Translations under genes and position numbers: made by a program
Source: Burkholderiales bacterium
GTDB lineage: Bacteria > Pseudomonadota > Gammaproteobacteria > Burkholderiales > JACQAP01
Length of the DNA: 64,000 bases
Assembly: GCA_035549715.1 (NCBI GenBank)
Contig: DASZQJ010000096.1
Span: forward strand, 5,006-69,005
Direction of reading: 5' to 3'
The notes under the pieces: generated by a model
Databases searched by the model: none
What the model was told of the DNA's origin: nothing
Seen by the model: the letters and a program-made list of their open reading frames with translations, nothing else
Shown here: one piece after another, positions 16,884 to 26,360 of the stretch
Layout of the letters: every line of letters begins with the position of its first letter
How positions within the stretch are numbered: the stretch's first letter is position 1

Positions 16884-17789
16884 CTAGTTTTTATTGTCCG
16901 GCTCGAAAAAACACCACTGCACGGCCGGAAAGGCCTGGCGCAGGTCCGCCTCGACGCGGTTCACCGCCTCGATCAGGGCAGCGGCCGTGCCCGTTTCCCG
17001 CATGCGCGCCTTGACGGCCAGCATCACCCCGTCGCCGAGCTGGAAGGTCAGCACGTTGTAAGTCTCGACGATCTCCGGCCGGTCCTTGAGGAAGGCCCGG
17101 ATGCCTTCCCGCAACTCGGACTCGGCGCTTTCACCGATGATCATGGACTTGATCTCGATGGATAGCAGCACCGCCACCACCACGAGCAGGACGCCGACCG
17201 CCATGCTGCCAAGGGCGTCGTAGAGCGGATTGCCCGTGGCCACCGCCACCAGCACCGCCACCAGGGCGAATGCGAGCCCCGCCAGGGCGGCGATGTCCTC
17301 GCCGAGCACGACGATGAGCTCGCTGTTGCGGGAAGTGCGGAAGAACTTCCAGAGCGAGCGCCCGCCGGCGACCTTGCGGATCTCGCGGATGCAGCCCGCC
17401 AGGGAAAACCCCTCGAGCACCACCGCGACGACCAGCACGGCGATGGCGATGCCCGGGCTGCGCATGGGCTCGGCCGCCTGCAGCTTGTGCAAGCCCTCGT
17501 AGATCGAGAACAGCCCGCCCAGGGTGAAGAGCAGGACGGCCACGAGGAACGCCCAGAAATAGACGGCGCGCCCGTAGCCCAGCGGGTGGCGCTCATCGGC
17601 CGGCCGCCTCGCGTCCCGCATGCCGAACAGCAGCAGCACCTGGTTGCCGCAGTCCGCCGCGGAATGGATGGCTTCGGCCAGCATGGCGCTGGAGCCCGTG
17701 ACGGCGGCGGCCGTCCCTTTGGCGACCAGGATGCCGGTGTTGGCGCCGAGCGCGTAGAGCACCGCGCGCAGCGAGGAAGCCTGCGACAT
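16884..17789 (-). CDS. Cation diffusion facilitator (CDF) family metal efflux transporter
   Basis: 301 aa. LAEAIHSAADCGNQ in TM2, HPLGYGR, six TM segments and a C-terminal cytoplasmic domain. Confidence 0.9.
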   Translation of the reverse strand: MSQASSLRAVLYALGANTGILVAKGTAAAVTGSSAMLAEAIHSAADCGNQVLLLFGMRDARRPADERHPLGYGRAVYFWAFLVAVLLFTLGGLFSIYEGLHKLQAAEPMRSPGIAIAVLVVAVVLEGFSLAGCIREIRKVAGGRSLWKFFRTSRNSELIVVLGEDIAALAGLAFALVAVLVAVATGNPLYDALGSMAVGVLLVVVAVLLSIEIKSMIIGESAESELREGIRAFLKDRPEIVETYNVLTFQLGDGVMLAVKARMRETGTAAALIEAVNRVEADLRQAFPAVQWCFFEPDNKN

Positions 17790-17831
17790 GAAATCTCCAG
17801 CGGGAGGTTTCCGCGGAGTTTACCCGTCGTA

Positions 17832-17959
17832 GACGCGAGGTACTAGGGAGAGGTACTAGGCACGAGGCACGAGGCACGAGGCACGAGGTACGAGGCACGA
17901 GAGTTCGAACTCTAGAGCCTCGTGCCTCGCGCCTCGCATTCGGCGCCTCGCGCCTCGGA
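17832..17959. repeat. Heptamer-array hairpin: GTACTAG/GCACGAG/GTACGAG units (about 10), 16-nt loop with TTCGAA and TCTAGA, then CCTCGYG-like units (6)
   Basis: Read directly, with period 7 on both arms. The arms are imperfectly complementary. Fills most of the 171-nt gap between the citE-like stop (17961) and the CDF start (17789). Confidence 0.9.
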
Positions 17960-17960
17960 C

Positions 17961-18824
17961 CTATGCCGCTTTCAGCCGCTCGGCGATGGCGAGGACGCGG
18001 TACATCGACCGGACCACCGGCAGCTCGATGAGCTCGCCGTCGACCACCACCAGCCCGGTCGTGTCCTGCTCGAAGGCGGCGCAGACCTTGCGCGCCTTCT
18101 CGACCGTCTTCGCGTCCGGGGTGAAGGCCGCGTGAATGATCGGAATCTGGCCGGGATGGATCGCGGCCTTCCCGGTGAAGCCGAGCCTGGCGCAGCCGGT
18201 GGCTTCCTTGCGCAGGCCCTCCGGGTCGTCCAGGTTCAGATAAGGCACGTCGAGCAGGTCGATGCCCGCCGAAGCGGCGGCATGGACCAGGCGCGAACGC
18301 GCATACAGCAGGGGCTCCCAGGACTTCTCGCAGCGCAGGTCGGCGGACATGTCCACCGCCCCCAGGATCATGGAATCGATGCGCGACGAGCACCTGGCGA
18401 TTTCCACCGCGCGCTCCAGCGCCTGGTTGGTCTCGACGATGACGCAAAAGCGGATGGACCGCGCCGGGCCCGCCGACAACAGCGTTTCCAGGATCTGGAT
18501 CTCCTCCGCCGATCGCACCTTGGGGATCATGATCGCCGGGGGCGGAGACGCCGATTCGAGGATCGCCGTCAGGTCCTTCAGGCCGTCGGGCGTCGAAAGG
18601 GCGTTGATGCGCGCCATTTGCTCGACGTGGGGATGCGAGCGGCTCGCGAACAGCGGCAGCGTCAGGGCCCTGCCTTCGTCCTTGCGGTTGCGCGCGACGG
18701 CGTCTTCCATGTCGACGCAAACGATGTCGGCGCCGCTGTTGAGGGCCTTGGGAAACATGTCCGGACGCAGTCCCGGGACGAACAGCAGGCTGCGGCGCGG
18801 GCGGACGGCATGGCTGGTTTGCAT
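17961..18824 (-). CDS. HpcH/HpaI aldolase / citrate lyase beta-subunit-like (CitE family) protein
   Basis: Start at 18824 gives MQTSHAVRPRRSLLFVPGLRPDMFPKALNSGADIVCVDMEDAV, the canonical CitE N-terminus. An alternative ATG at 18860 has a GAGG Shine-Dalgarno. Confidence 0.8.
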   Translation of the reverse strand: MQTSHAVRPRRSLLFVPGLRPDMFPKALNSGADIVCVDMEDAVARNRKDEGRALTLPLFASRSHPHVEQMARINALSTPDGLKDLTAILESASPPPAIMIPKVRSAEEIQILETLLSAGPARSIRFCVIVETNQALERAVEIARCSSRIDSMILGAVDMSADLRCEKSWEPLLYARSRLVHAAASAGIDLLDVPYLNLDDPEGLRKEATGCARLGFTGKAAIHPGQIPIIHAAFTPDAKTVEKARKVCAAFEQDTTGLVVVDGELIELPVVRSMYRVLAIAERLKAA

Positions 18825-18968
18825 CGTGGACACCAGGCTGAAGCGGAGGAAAGACGGCATGCTAGCCTCATGCGGACCATTCGCCAAGGACGCGGCCGCA
18901 GCGGCATTGGCGGCAGGCGGCCGAAGCAAGCACGCCGGAAAGCGGGCGGGCGGACACGACGCCACGCC

Positions 18969-19559
18969 TCAGGCGCGCACCGCGAGCGCCTTTTCGCGCA
19001 CGGCGACGACCACGAAGCGCAGCGGCCCGCCCGGCACCGGGCTGTCGAACGGGAAGCAGGTCACGAGGGTGAGGCGGTCATCGCCCGCGTCCATCAGCAC
19101 GCGCACGTCGCGGCGATGCACCACCTCGGTGGCGCGCACCCGATAGCGCACCACGCCACCCTTGCCCGCCTGGACCAGGAGCGTGTCGCCCCGGTGCAAC
19201 CGGCGCAGGAAGGCGAAGTGGGTGTCGCGATGGCCGCTGACCACGGAATTGCCGGGCTGGTTGGGCAGCGGCGTGCCCTCCACATGGCCTGGTCCGAAGG
19301 CGAGCGTGCGGCCGCTCGCACCCGCCAGCACCATCACGGACTCGCCCTGCCGGGGCGCCTCGATGCGCGCCACGGGATACGTGTCGGCCCACGGCCAGGG
19401 CCGCACCGCACCGCCCCGGTCGCGCGCCTGGTCCCAGGCCGACGCAATGAGCTTTTGCGCGAGCCAGGCCTTGGCGTAGAGGTAGGCCGCTTCCCCCGCC
19501 TGCCAGGCGGAAACCGAAATCAGTCCGAGCACGAGCATGTTCCGGATCCCCCCTTTCAT
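18969..19559 (-). CDS. Sortase, proteobacterial dedicated (marine proteobacterial) type
   Basis: ATG at 19559 overlaps the target gene's TGA (ATGA). 196 aa with an N-terminal TM, VVSGHRDTHF, and the catalytic TLVTCFPF cysteine motif. Only the 3' end of the 988-aa track ORF is used. Confidence 0.85.
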   Translation of the reverse strand: MKGGIRNMLVLGLISVSAWQAGEAAYLYAKAWLAQKLIASAWDQARDRGGAVRPWPWADTYPVARIEAPRQGESVMVLAGASGRTLAFGPGHVEGTPLPNQPGNSVVSGHRDTHFAFLRRLHRGDTLLVQAGKGGVVRYRVRATEVVHRRDVRVLMDAGDDRLTLVTCFPFDSPVPGGPLRFVVVAVREKALAVRA

Positions 19560-21733
19560 GACGCCCTCCGGGCGCGGTGGACGACGAAGGCAAGCGCGGC
19601 GGCCAGCAGCGCGAAAATGAAGTGCAGCATCCCCGGCGTCGCGGTCCTGGGCAGCGCGCCGAAATAGCCGGACTGGCTGCCGCCATCCGGCAGGTTCGTC
19701 GGCACCGCCTGCGAATCGAGGCCGGCGCCTTCGGGACGCACGGGCGTCACATCCACGGCGACCAGGCTGGTGTGCCGGGTGACGATGTGGTGGCGCAGGG
19801 CCAGCGCCACGATCTGCTCGCGCACCCGCTCGCGATCCGCGCCTTCGTGGAGCGAATCGGTCAGCGCGTCGACCTTGCGCCGGGCCCAGAGGACCCCCAT
19901 GCCCCTGCCGTCGTGGGCGCCGCCGAGGTCGTACTCCGCGGTCCAGGTCGCGCCGCTCGCCCGGCCGCTGACCCTGATTTTTCCCGCCACGGGCCCCTGC
20001 ACGCGCGCGCTCAGGACGAGCGGCTCGCCGAGGTACAAATCGGGCAGCTTCTCCGGGCTGGCCTCGGCCTGCAGTTCGGCGGGCCATTCCACCGCGATGT
20101 CGGAAAGCACCGGATGCTCGAGCCGGGCGAACAGCTCGCCCATTTTTTCGCCCACTTCCCCGACCTCGCCGATGTAGGTGAAGCTGCCGCGGCCGAGCTG
20201 GGCCGCCTTGGTCATGAAGTGGCCATTGGGCGCGGCGCCGATGCCGACCGTGAACAGGCGGCCGCGGCCGAGCTTGCGCTGCAGGAGGCCGAACAGCGGG
20301 TCCTCGTTGCCCACGGCGCCGTCGGTGATGAAGATCACCTGGCGCAGGTACCCTTCCTTCTCCGGGACGTCGAGCGCGGCCTGCATGGCCGGCATCATCT
20401 CCGTGCCGCCGCCGGCCTTGAGGCGGTCGACGTAGCGCCGCGCCGCGGCCAGGTTGGCCACGCTCGCCTGCCGCGACGCCGGGAACAGCAGCTCGGTGGT
20501 GGAGTTGAACTGGATGACATTGAACCGGTCTTCCGGCGCCATCTGTCCCAGCGCCATGCGCAGGGCGGCACGCGCCTGCCTGATCGACGTGCCCTCCATC
20601 GAACCGGACGTATCGATGACGTAAATGACCTCGCGCGGCAGGCGCTTGTCGTCCGCTTTCGCCCCATGGGGCGGGAACAGGGTCAGCAGCAGGTGGGTTT
20701 CGCCGGCGCCCGATTCGCGGAACAGCGCGCCGCGCGGCTGCGTGCCGGGCAGCGGCGTCCAGTAGAGCTCGAAATCGCGGTCGGCGGCGAACGGCCCGGC
20801 CGCCAGCGACACTTCGTAGCGGCTGTCGTCGCGCTTCTCGACCTTGACCTCGTGGTAGCGGCTGCGCACCTGGTCGACCGGGAAACCGGCGTCCAGCTCG
20901 ACCTGGACCGTCACCGGGTTGCGCAGCGCCTCGCCTTCGGCGGCCACCGGTGGCGTGATCCGCGAGGCATCCTTCACCGTCGCCGTGTCCCGCGCCCAGC
21001 CCTTGCCGGAAGGCCGCCCCTCGGTTTCGGGCCTGCCGGGGATGTAGCGGGGCGCGACGACCGTCGGGAAGCGCAGGCTCACGGCGCCTTCCAGGTAGCG
21101 CAGCGTCTGCTGGTACTCGATCTCGACGCTCAGCGTCTGCCCCGGCCCGAGGTTGGCCACGTTGCTGGTGAAGACGTTGGGACGCTCCTGCTCGACCAGG
21201 GAGGCCAGGCTGCCCTGCTCGCGGGCTGCCTCGTACTCGGCGCGCGCCTGCTGGCGCTCGCGGATCTGGCCTTCGATCAGGCGGTCGCCGACGTGCATCG
21301 TCAGCCGGTCCACGGCGGCCGTTTCCGGCAGCGGGAAAACGTAGACGCCCTCGATCCAGTCCTGCGTGTCGTTGCGGAACTGCTGCGTGACCCGGGCGCG
21401 GGCCACGGTGCCGCTCACCTTGAACTTCACTTCGGTGGACAGCACCGGCGCGCGCACGTACTGCCCGCCCGGCATCACCCGCACCAGGAAACTGCCGCTG
21501 GTCTGGTCGCCGGGCCGGTCCGAGGCGGCTCCGGACGGCGCCACGGACGGCGCGCCCGAGGCCTCGGCCGCCTGGGGCGCGACCAGCGTGAGGCCGAGGA
21601 TGGCCAGGGCCAGCAGAAGGGCAAACCCGGTACCGGCCACGACGGCGGTCACCAGGAACCGCAGGAGGTCCCGGGTGACGGATTCGCCCGGGGCCTGCAT
21701 GCCGACAAGATCGCGATGCCAGGACAGCTTCAT
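19556..21733 (-). CDS. VIT + von Willebrand factor A domain sortase target protein
   Basis: ATG at 21733 is preceded by AAGGAG. N-terminal TM/signal, VIT-like region (VSGTVARARVTQQFRN), vWA MIDAS motif VIDTSGSM, and a C-terminal sorting signal LPRTAT followed by a hydrophobic helix and RARR. Confidence 0.85.
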   Translation of the reverse strand: MKLSWHRDLVGMQAPGESVTRDLLRFLVTAVVAGTGFALLLALAILGLTLVAPQAAEASGAPSVAPSGAASDRPGDQTSGSFLVRVMPGGQYVRAPVLSTEVKFKVSGTVARARVTQQFRNDTQDWIEGVYVFPLPETAAVDRLTMHVGDRLIEGQIRERQQARAEYEAAREQGSLASLVEQERPNVFTSNVANLGPGQTLSVEIEYQQTLRYLEGAVSLRFPTVVAPRYIPGRPETEGRPSGKGWARDTATVKDASRITPPVAAEGEALRNPVTVQVELDAGFPVDQVRSRYHEVKVEKRDDSRYEVSLAAGPFAADRDFELYWTPLPGTQPRGALFRESGAGETHLLLTLFPPHGAKADDKRLPREVIYVIDTSGSMEGTSIRQARAALRMALGQMAPEDRFNVIQFNSTTELLFPASRQASVANLAAARRYVDRLKAGGGTEMMPAMQAALDVPEKEGYLRQVIFITDGAVGNEDPLFGLLQRKLGRGRLFTVGIGAAPNGHFMTKAAQLGRGSFTYIGEVGEVGEKMGELFARLEHPVLSDIAVEWPAELQAEASPEKLPDLYLGEPLVLSARVQGPVAGKIRVSGRASGATWTAEYDLGGAHDGRGMGVLWARRKVDALTDSLHEGADRERVREQIVALALRHHIVTRHTSLVAVDVTPVRPEGAGLDSQAVPTNLPDGGSQSGYFGALPRTATPGMLHFIFALLAAALAFVVHRARRAS

Positions 21734-21912
21734 GACTTTCTCCTTGGGGATGGGGGGCTGCACGGCGGACATTGAAGCGCCGCGCGCGGGCAACAGCGGG
21801 CCGGAGAAAGGCAAAGGCGCGGGCGAAAGGTGGCGAAAAAAAGGCTTTTGGCGCACGCGGGGCGCGCCGCGGCGGCGCTCGGGTATAGTGCTTCGCGTCA
21901 ATCGACGTCCCC

Positions 21913-22608
21913 ATGGCCCGGCGCATAGCAATCATCGAAGACGATGCCGCGATCCGCGAGAACTACGCGGACGTGCTGCGCCGCCAGGGCTACGAGGTCG
22001 CCACCTATCCGGACCGCCCGCAGGCCATGAAGGCGCTGGGCGTGCGGCTGCCGGACCTGGCCCTCATCGACATCGGCCTGGCCGGCGAGGTGGAGGGCGG
22101 CTTCGCGCTGTGCCGCGACCTGCGTGCGGCCTCCCCGGCCCTGCCGATCATCTTCCTCACCGCGCGCGACGGGGACCTCGACACGGTTTGCGGCCTGCGC
22201 ATGGGCGCGGACGACTACCTCACCAAGGACATCAGCCTGCCCCACCTGCTGGCGCGCATCGCCGCGCTGTTCCGGCGCATCGAGGTGATGGGCGCGCCCG
22301 CCGCCGTGGAGGACGTGGTGGAGCGCGGCCGGCTGCGCCTGCACCTCAAACGCATGGAGGCGCATTGGGCGGAGCAGCCGGTGCAGCTCACGCTCACCGA
22401 GTTCTGGATCGTGCATGCGCTCGCCAAGCATCCCGGCCACGTCAAGGACCGCGACGCGCTGATGCGCGACGCGAGCCTGACCGTCGATGACAGCACGATC
22501 ACCTCCCACGTCAAGCGCATCCGCCGCAAGTTCGCCGCGATCGACCCGGGCTTCAATTCCATCCAGAGCGTCTACGGGCTGGGCTACCGCTGGCATGCCG
22601 ACCGCTGA
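21913..22608 (+). CDS. OmpR-family response regulator (dedicated sortase system type)
   Basis: 231 aa. Receiver domain with IIEDD and DLALIDIGL, plus a winged-helix C-terminus (LTLTEFWIVHAL...YGLGYRW). Divergent from the sortase target gene. Confidence 0.9.
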   Translation: MARRIAIIEDDAAIRENYADVLRRQGYEVATYPDRPQAMKALGVRLPDLALIDIGLAGEVEGGFALCRDLRAASPALPIIFLTARDGDLDTVCGLRMGADDYLTKDISLPHLLARIAALFRRIEVMGAPAAVEDVVERGRLRLHLKRMEAHWAEQPVQLTLTEFWIVHALAKHPGHVKDRDALMRDASLTVDDSTITSHVKRIRRKFAAIDPGFNSIQSVYGLGYRWHADR

Positions 22609-24751
22609 GCGACGTCCGGGGCTGAAGGCCGGGCTGCGCCTGAAGCTGCTGCTCGCCGCCAGCATCCTGCTGCTGATCCCGCTGCTGGGCTTCCTCTACG
22701 TGCGCGAGCTGGAGCACCTGCTGCTGCGGGTGCAGGAACAGGGGATCATCTCCACTTCGCGCGCGGTCGGCACGGCGCTCAACGACCGCCCGAGCCTGTT
22801 CGTCAGCGGCGAGGTCTATCCCTTCGCGCTGGCGCGGGAAAGCGACCTCAAGGTCGACAACCTCCCCGCCCCGGTTGCGGTCGACGGCCTGGCGGACGAC
22901 TGGGAGAAGCTGCCGGTGGCACCGCACCCCGTCGGCGCGGGCGCCGGGGGGCCCGAATCGCGGGCCTTTTCCGCGCGCTATCGCATCGGCCGCTACGGCA
23001 ATGCGATCTACGCGCTGTTCGAAGTCTCCGATCCGAAGGTCGTGCTGCGCAACCCCGATCAGGACGGCCTGCAGACCTCGGACCGGCTCGAGGTCGCGGT
23101 GGTGACACCCGACGACGAGTTCCTGCGCTTCACCCTGGACGCGCGCGGCAGCGGGCGCGCCGCCGTCCACCTGCTCGTGTCCGATGACGAGCAGGTTCCC
23201 GACGCCCGCGTCCAAGGGGTCTTTCGCCTGGTGCCGGGCGGCTATGTCGTCGAGCTGCGCCTGCCGCGTTCCCTGGTCGGCCCCCGGCTGGGATTCGCCT
23301 TGTACGACGTCGACGACCCGGTGGCGAGGACCACCGTCGCCACCATCGGCACCTCCGACACGTCCGGCAAGCAGGCGCTGGGCGCGGTGCTGGTGCCCTC
23401 CCCCGAAGTGAGCGAGCTGGTGAGCCGCCTGGGCCGCGCCCGCGCGCGCATCTGGGTGCTCGACGTCAACCACCGCGTCATTGCCCAGGCCGGGTCGCTG
23501 CGCGCCCCACCCGCCACCGGGGACCCGGACAAGGGATGGGTGATGCGCTTCTGGGAGGCTGCCGCGGACCTCATGGTGCGTCCGATCCTGCGGCTCGCCA
23601 TGTCGGAGCCGAACGAGGACTTCCAGGACATCGCGCCGGGCACCTACCGGCTCGAAGGCCGGGAGATCGACGAAGCGCTCGCCGGGAAGACGGGGACCCG
23701 GCGCCGCCTCACCCCGGATTCGCGTGCGGTGGTGCTCTCCGCCGCGCACCCGGTCTGGCAGGAGGACCGCGTGGTCGGCGCGGTGCTGGTGGAGGAAACG
23801 ACCAACGACGTGCTGGCGCTGCGCAACCGCGCCTTCGAGAAGCTGTTCGCGGCGCTGCTGGTGGTCTACCTCGGCGGCACCGCGGCGCTGCTGGTGTTCG
23901 CCACGCGCCTGTCCCTGCGCATCCGCCGGCTGCGCAACGAGGCGGAGTCGGCGATCGACCCGCACGGGCGCGTGCTCGGCTCCGTGGGCGGGTCGGGCGA
24001 CGGCGACGAGCTGGGCGACCTGTCGCGCAGCTTCGCCGACATCCTGAAACGGCTGCAGCAGTACACCGGCTACCTGGAATCCCTCGCCGGCCGGCTGTCC
24101 CACGAGCTGCGCACGCCGGTCGCGGTGGTGCGCTCGTCCCTCGACAACCTCGAGCAGCTGGAACTGTCGCAGGAGGCGCGCGTCTACGTGCAGCGCGCCG
24201 CGCAGGGCCTCGCCCGCCTGTCGACCATCTTCGCGCGCATGAGCGAGGCCACGCGCCTGGAGCAATCCCTGGCCGGGGCGGACAAGGAGCGCTTCGACCT
24301 GGCCGAAGTCGCGCAGGGCTGCGTCGAAGGCTACCGGCTGGCGCACGGCAATCGCAGGTTCCTCGTCGAGGCGGAACCCGGCCCCTGGCCCGTCGTGGGC
24401 TCGCCCGACCTCGTCGCTCAGATGCTGGACAAGCTCGCCGTGAACGCCGTCGAGTTCAGCGCCCCCGGCCGGCCGATCCGGTTCGGCTTGCGGCGCGAGG
24501 GCGGGCTTGCGCGGCTCACCGTCTTCAACGAGGGGCCGCCGCTGCCCCCGGGCATGCACGACCGGCTGTTCGAATCCATGGTGTCGGTGCGCGACCGGTC
24601 GCAGGACGACGATCCGCACCTGGGCCTGGGGCTCTACATCGTCCGGCTGATCGCCGGGTTCCATGGCGGTCGTGCGAGCGCCCGCAATTGCGCCGATCCC
24701 GCGGGCGTGGAATTCCGCGTGGACCTGCCGCTGGCACCCGGCGCGCCCTAG
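22595..24751 (+). CDS. Sensor histidine kinase (dedicated sortase system type)
   Basis: ATG at 22595 overlaps the regulator gene by 14 nt. N-terminal TM, large periplasmic domain, second TM, H-box LSHELRTPVAVV, N/G boxes and C-terminal HATPase. Confidence 0.85.
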   Translation: MPTAERRPGLKAGLRLKLLLAASILLLIPLLGFLYVRELEHLLLRVQEQGIISTSRAVGTALNDRPSLFVSGEVYPFALARESDLKVDNLPAPVAVDGLADDWEKLPVAPHPVGAGAGGPESRAFSARYRIGRYGNAIYALFEVSDPKVVLRNPDQDGLQTSDRLEVAVVTPDDEFLRFTLDARGSGRAAVHLLVSDDEQVPDARVQGVFRLVPGGYVVELRLPRSLVGPRLGFALYDVDDPVARTTVATIGTSDTSGKQALGAVLVPSPEVSELVSRLGRARARIWVLDVNHRVIAQAGSLRAPPATGDPDKGWVMRFWEAAADLMVRPILRLAMSEPNEDFQDIAPGTYRLEGREIDEALAGKTGTRRRLTPDSRAVVLSAAHPVWQEDRVVGAVLVEETTNDVLALRNRAFEKLFAALLVVYLGGTAALLVFATRLSLRIRRLRNEAESAIDPHGRVLGSVGGSGDGDELGDLSRSFADILKRLQQYTGYLESLAGRLSHELRTPVAVVRSSLDNLEQLELSQEARVYVQRAAQGLARLSTIFARMSEATRLEQSLAGADKERFDLAEVAQGCVEGYRLAHGNRRFLVEAEPGPWPVVGSPDLVAQMLDKLAVNAVEFSAPGRPIRFGLRREGGLARLTVFNEGPPLPPGMHDRLFESMVSVRDRSQDDDPHLGLGLYIVRLIAGFHGGRASARNCADPAGVEFRVDLPLAPGAP

Positions 24752-24781
24752 GGGCGGTGCGCCTGCGCGGGACGGCAACCG

Positions 24782-26299
24782 CTACTCGCCGACGGCGATC
24801 GCCTCCCTGGCCGGGCCCGGCAGTCGCGTGCGGCCGATGAACAGCAGCAGTGGCAAGGCCGCGGCGGCGACCAGCGCGAACAGCCAGAAATCCCCGGTGA
24901 AGCCGACGATGGCGGCCTGGCGGCTGATCTCCCGCTCCAGGTGCATCAGGTCCTGGGGGGTGGCGATGCTCCAGCCGTGCGGCGCCTGCAACGCCCTGTT
25001 GTAAGGCGTGGCATGGTTGACGAGTTCCGAGTGGGTGATGCTGCTGGTTCGCACGTACAGGGCGAGCGCGCCGGACACGCCGATGCTCGCGCCGATGCTG
25101 CGCACCAGGTTGTAGACGGCGGTGGCCTCCGTGCGCCGGTGCGGCTCGAGCGCGGGGAACGCCACCACCTGGATCGGCACCAGGATGATGCCCCCGCCGA
25201 TGCCCTGCAGGAAATTGGTCCACACGAGCGGCCATACCCCCACCTCCCCGGTCCAGGTGGACATCTCCCAGCTCGAGAACACCAGGCAGACCAGTCCCAC
25301 GGCGATGAGCGTGCGCGGGTCCACGCGCCCCGTGAGCCGGCCTCCCAGCACCATGGCGGCGAACAGCCCCACGCCCCGCGGCGCCTGCAGCAGGCCGATG
25401 GTGTCGATGGGATAACCGCGCACCTGGTCGAGGAAGGACGGCATGAGCACCATGGGTGGCGTGGTGACGAAGCCGTAGATGAACGCGAACACCAGGCCGA
25501 GGAAAAAGCGCCGGTTGGCGAGCAGCCTGGGGTCCAGGAAGGGCTGGCGGGCGGTGAGGCAGTGCACGTTGAACAGGTAGAAGCCCAGCGCCGCCAGGCA
25601 GGCCTCGACGATGATCTCCCAGGATTCGAACCAGTCGAGCTGGCCGCCGCGGTCCAGCATGAGCTGCAGCGCGCCCACGCCCAGCGCCAGGCTGAGGAAG
25701 CCGAACGCGTCGAAGGGACGCCTGGGGTCCACGCGGGTCTCGGGCACGAACAGCGCGACGCCGGCCAGCGCCAGCAGGCCGAAGGGCACGTTGATGTAGA
25801 AAATGTAGCGCCAGCTCAGGTATTCGGTGACGTAGCCGCCCACCGTGGGGCCGACGAAGGAGCCCATGACCGAAGCCATGCCCCACAACGCCATGGCCTT
25901 GCCCTGCTCCTCGGGCGGATAGGTATCGAGGATGATCGCGTGCGACAGCGGAATCAGGAAGGCGCCGCCCAGGCCCTGGAGGACGCGCGCGAAGACCTCG
26001 AACGCCAGCGAGCCGGCCGCGCCGCACATGACGGAAGCGGCCATGAACACGGTGACCGCCCAGAGGAAGACGCGCTTGCGGCCGAAGCGCAGGCTGAGCC
26101 AGCCGGCGCAGGGGATCGAGATCGCGGAGGCGACGATGTAGGACGTGATGACCCAGGCGATCTGATCCTGCGTGGCCGAGAACGTGCCCTGCATGTGCGG
26201 CAGCGCGACCGCGGCGATGGTCCAGTCCACCGAGTAAAGGAAGCTCGCCAGCCCCACCGAGGCGGTGATCAGGGCCGGATGCTTCGCCACGCCGTTCAT
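24782..26299 (-). CDS. emrB: DHA2-family MFS multidrug efflux transporter (EmrB-like)
   Basis: 505 aa with 14-TM architecture and motifs GWLSLRFGRKRV and LQGLGGAFLIP. Confidence 0.85.
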   Translation of the reverse strand: MNGVAKHPALITASVGLASFLYSVDWTIAAVALPHMQGTFSATQDQIAWVITSYIVASAISIPCAGWLSLRFGRKRVFLWAVTVFMAASVMCGAAGSLAFEVFARVLQGLGGAFLIPLSHAIILDTYPPEEQGKAMALWGMASVMGSFVGPTVGGYVTEYLSWRYIFYINVPFGLLALAGVALFVPETRVDPRRPFDAFGFLSLALGVGALQLMLDRGGQLDWFESWEIIVEACLAALGFYLFNVHCLTARQPFLDPRLLANRRFFLGLVFAFIYGFVTTPPMVLMPSFLDQVRGYPIDTIGLLQAPRGVGLFAAMVLGGRLTGRVDPRTLIAVGLVCLVFSSWEMSTWTGEVGVWPLVWTNFLQGIGGGIILVPIQVVAFPALEPHRRTEATAVYNLVRSIGASIGVSGALALYVRTSSITHSELVNHATPYNRALQAPHGWSIATPQDLMHLEREISRQAAIVGFTGDFWLFALVAAAALPLLLFIGRTRLPGPAREAIAVGE

Positions 26300-26360
26300 G
26301 GCCGGGGACTCACGAAGGGTTGATCAGGGCCGCGCGACCGGCCTGGCCGCGGCGGGCATT

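Noticed and set aside
19560-21935. Upstream 790 codons of the 988-aa ORF 18969..21935
   Set aside because: Only the last 196 codons (from ATG 19559) encode the sortase. The rest is an off-frame read through the VIT-vWA gene, whose own frame has clear domain motifs and an AAGGAG-preceded start.
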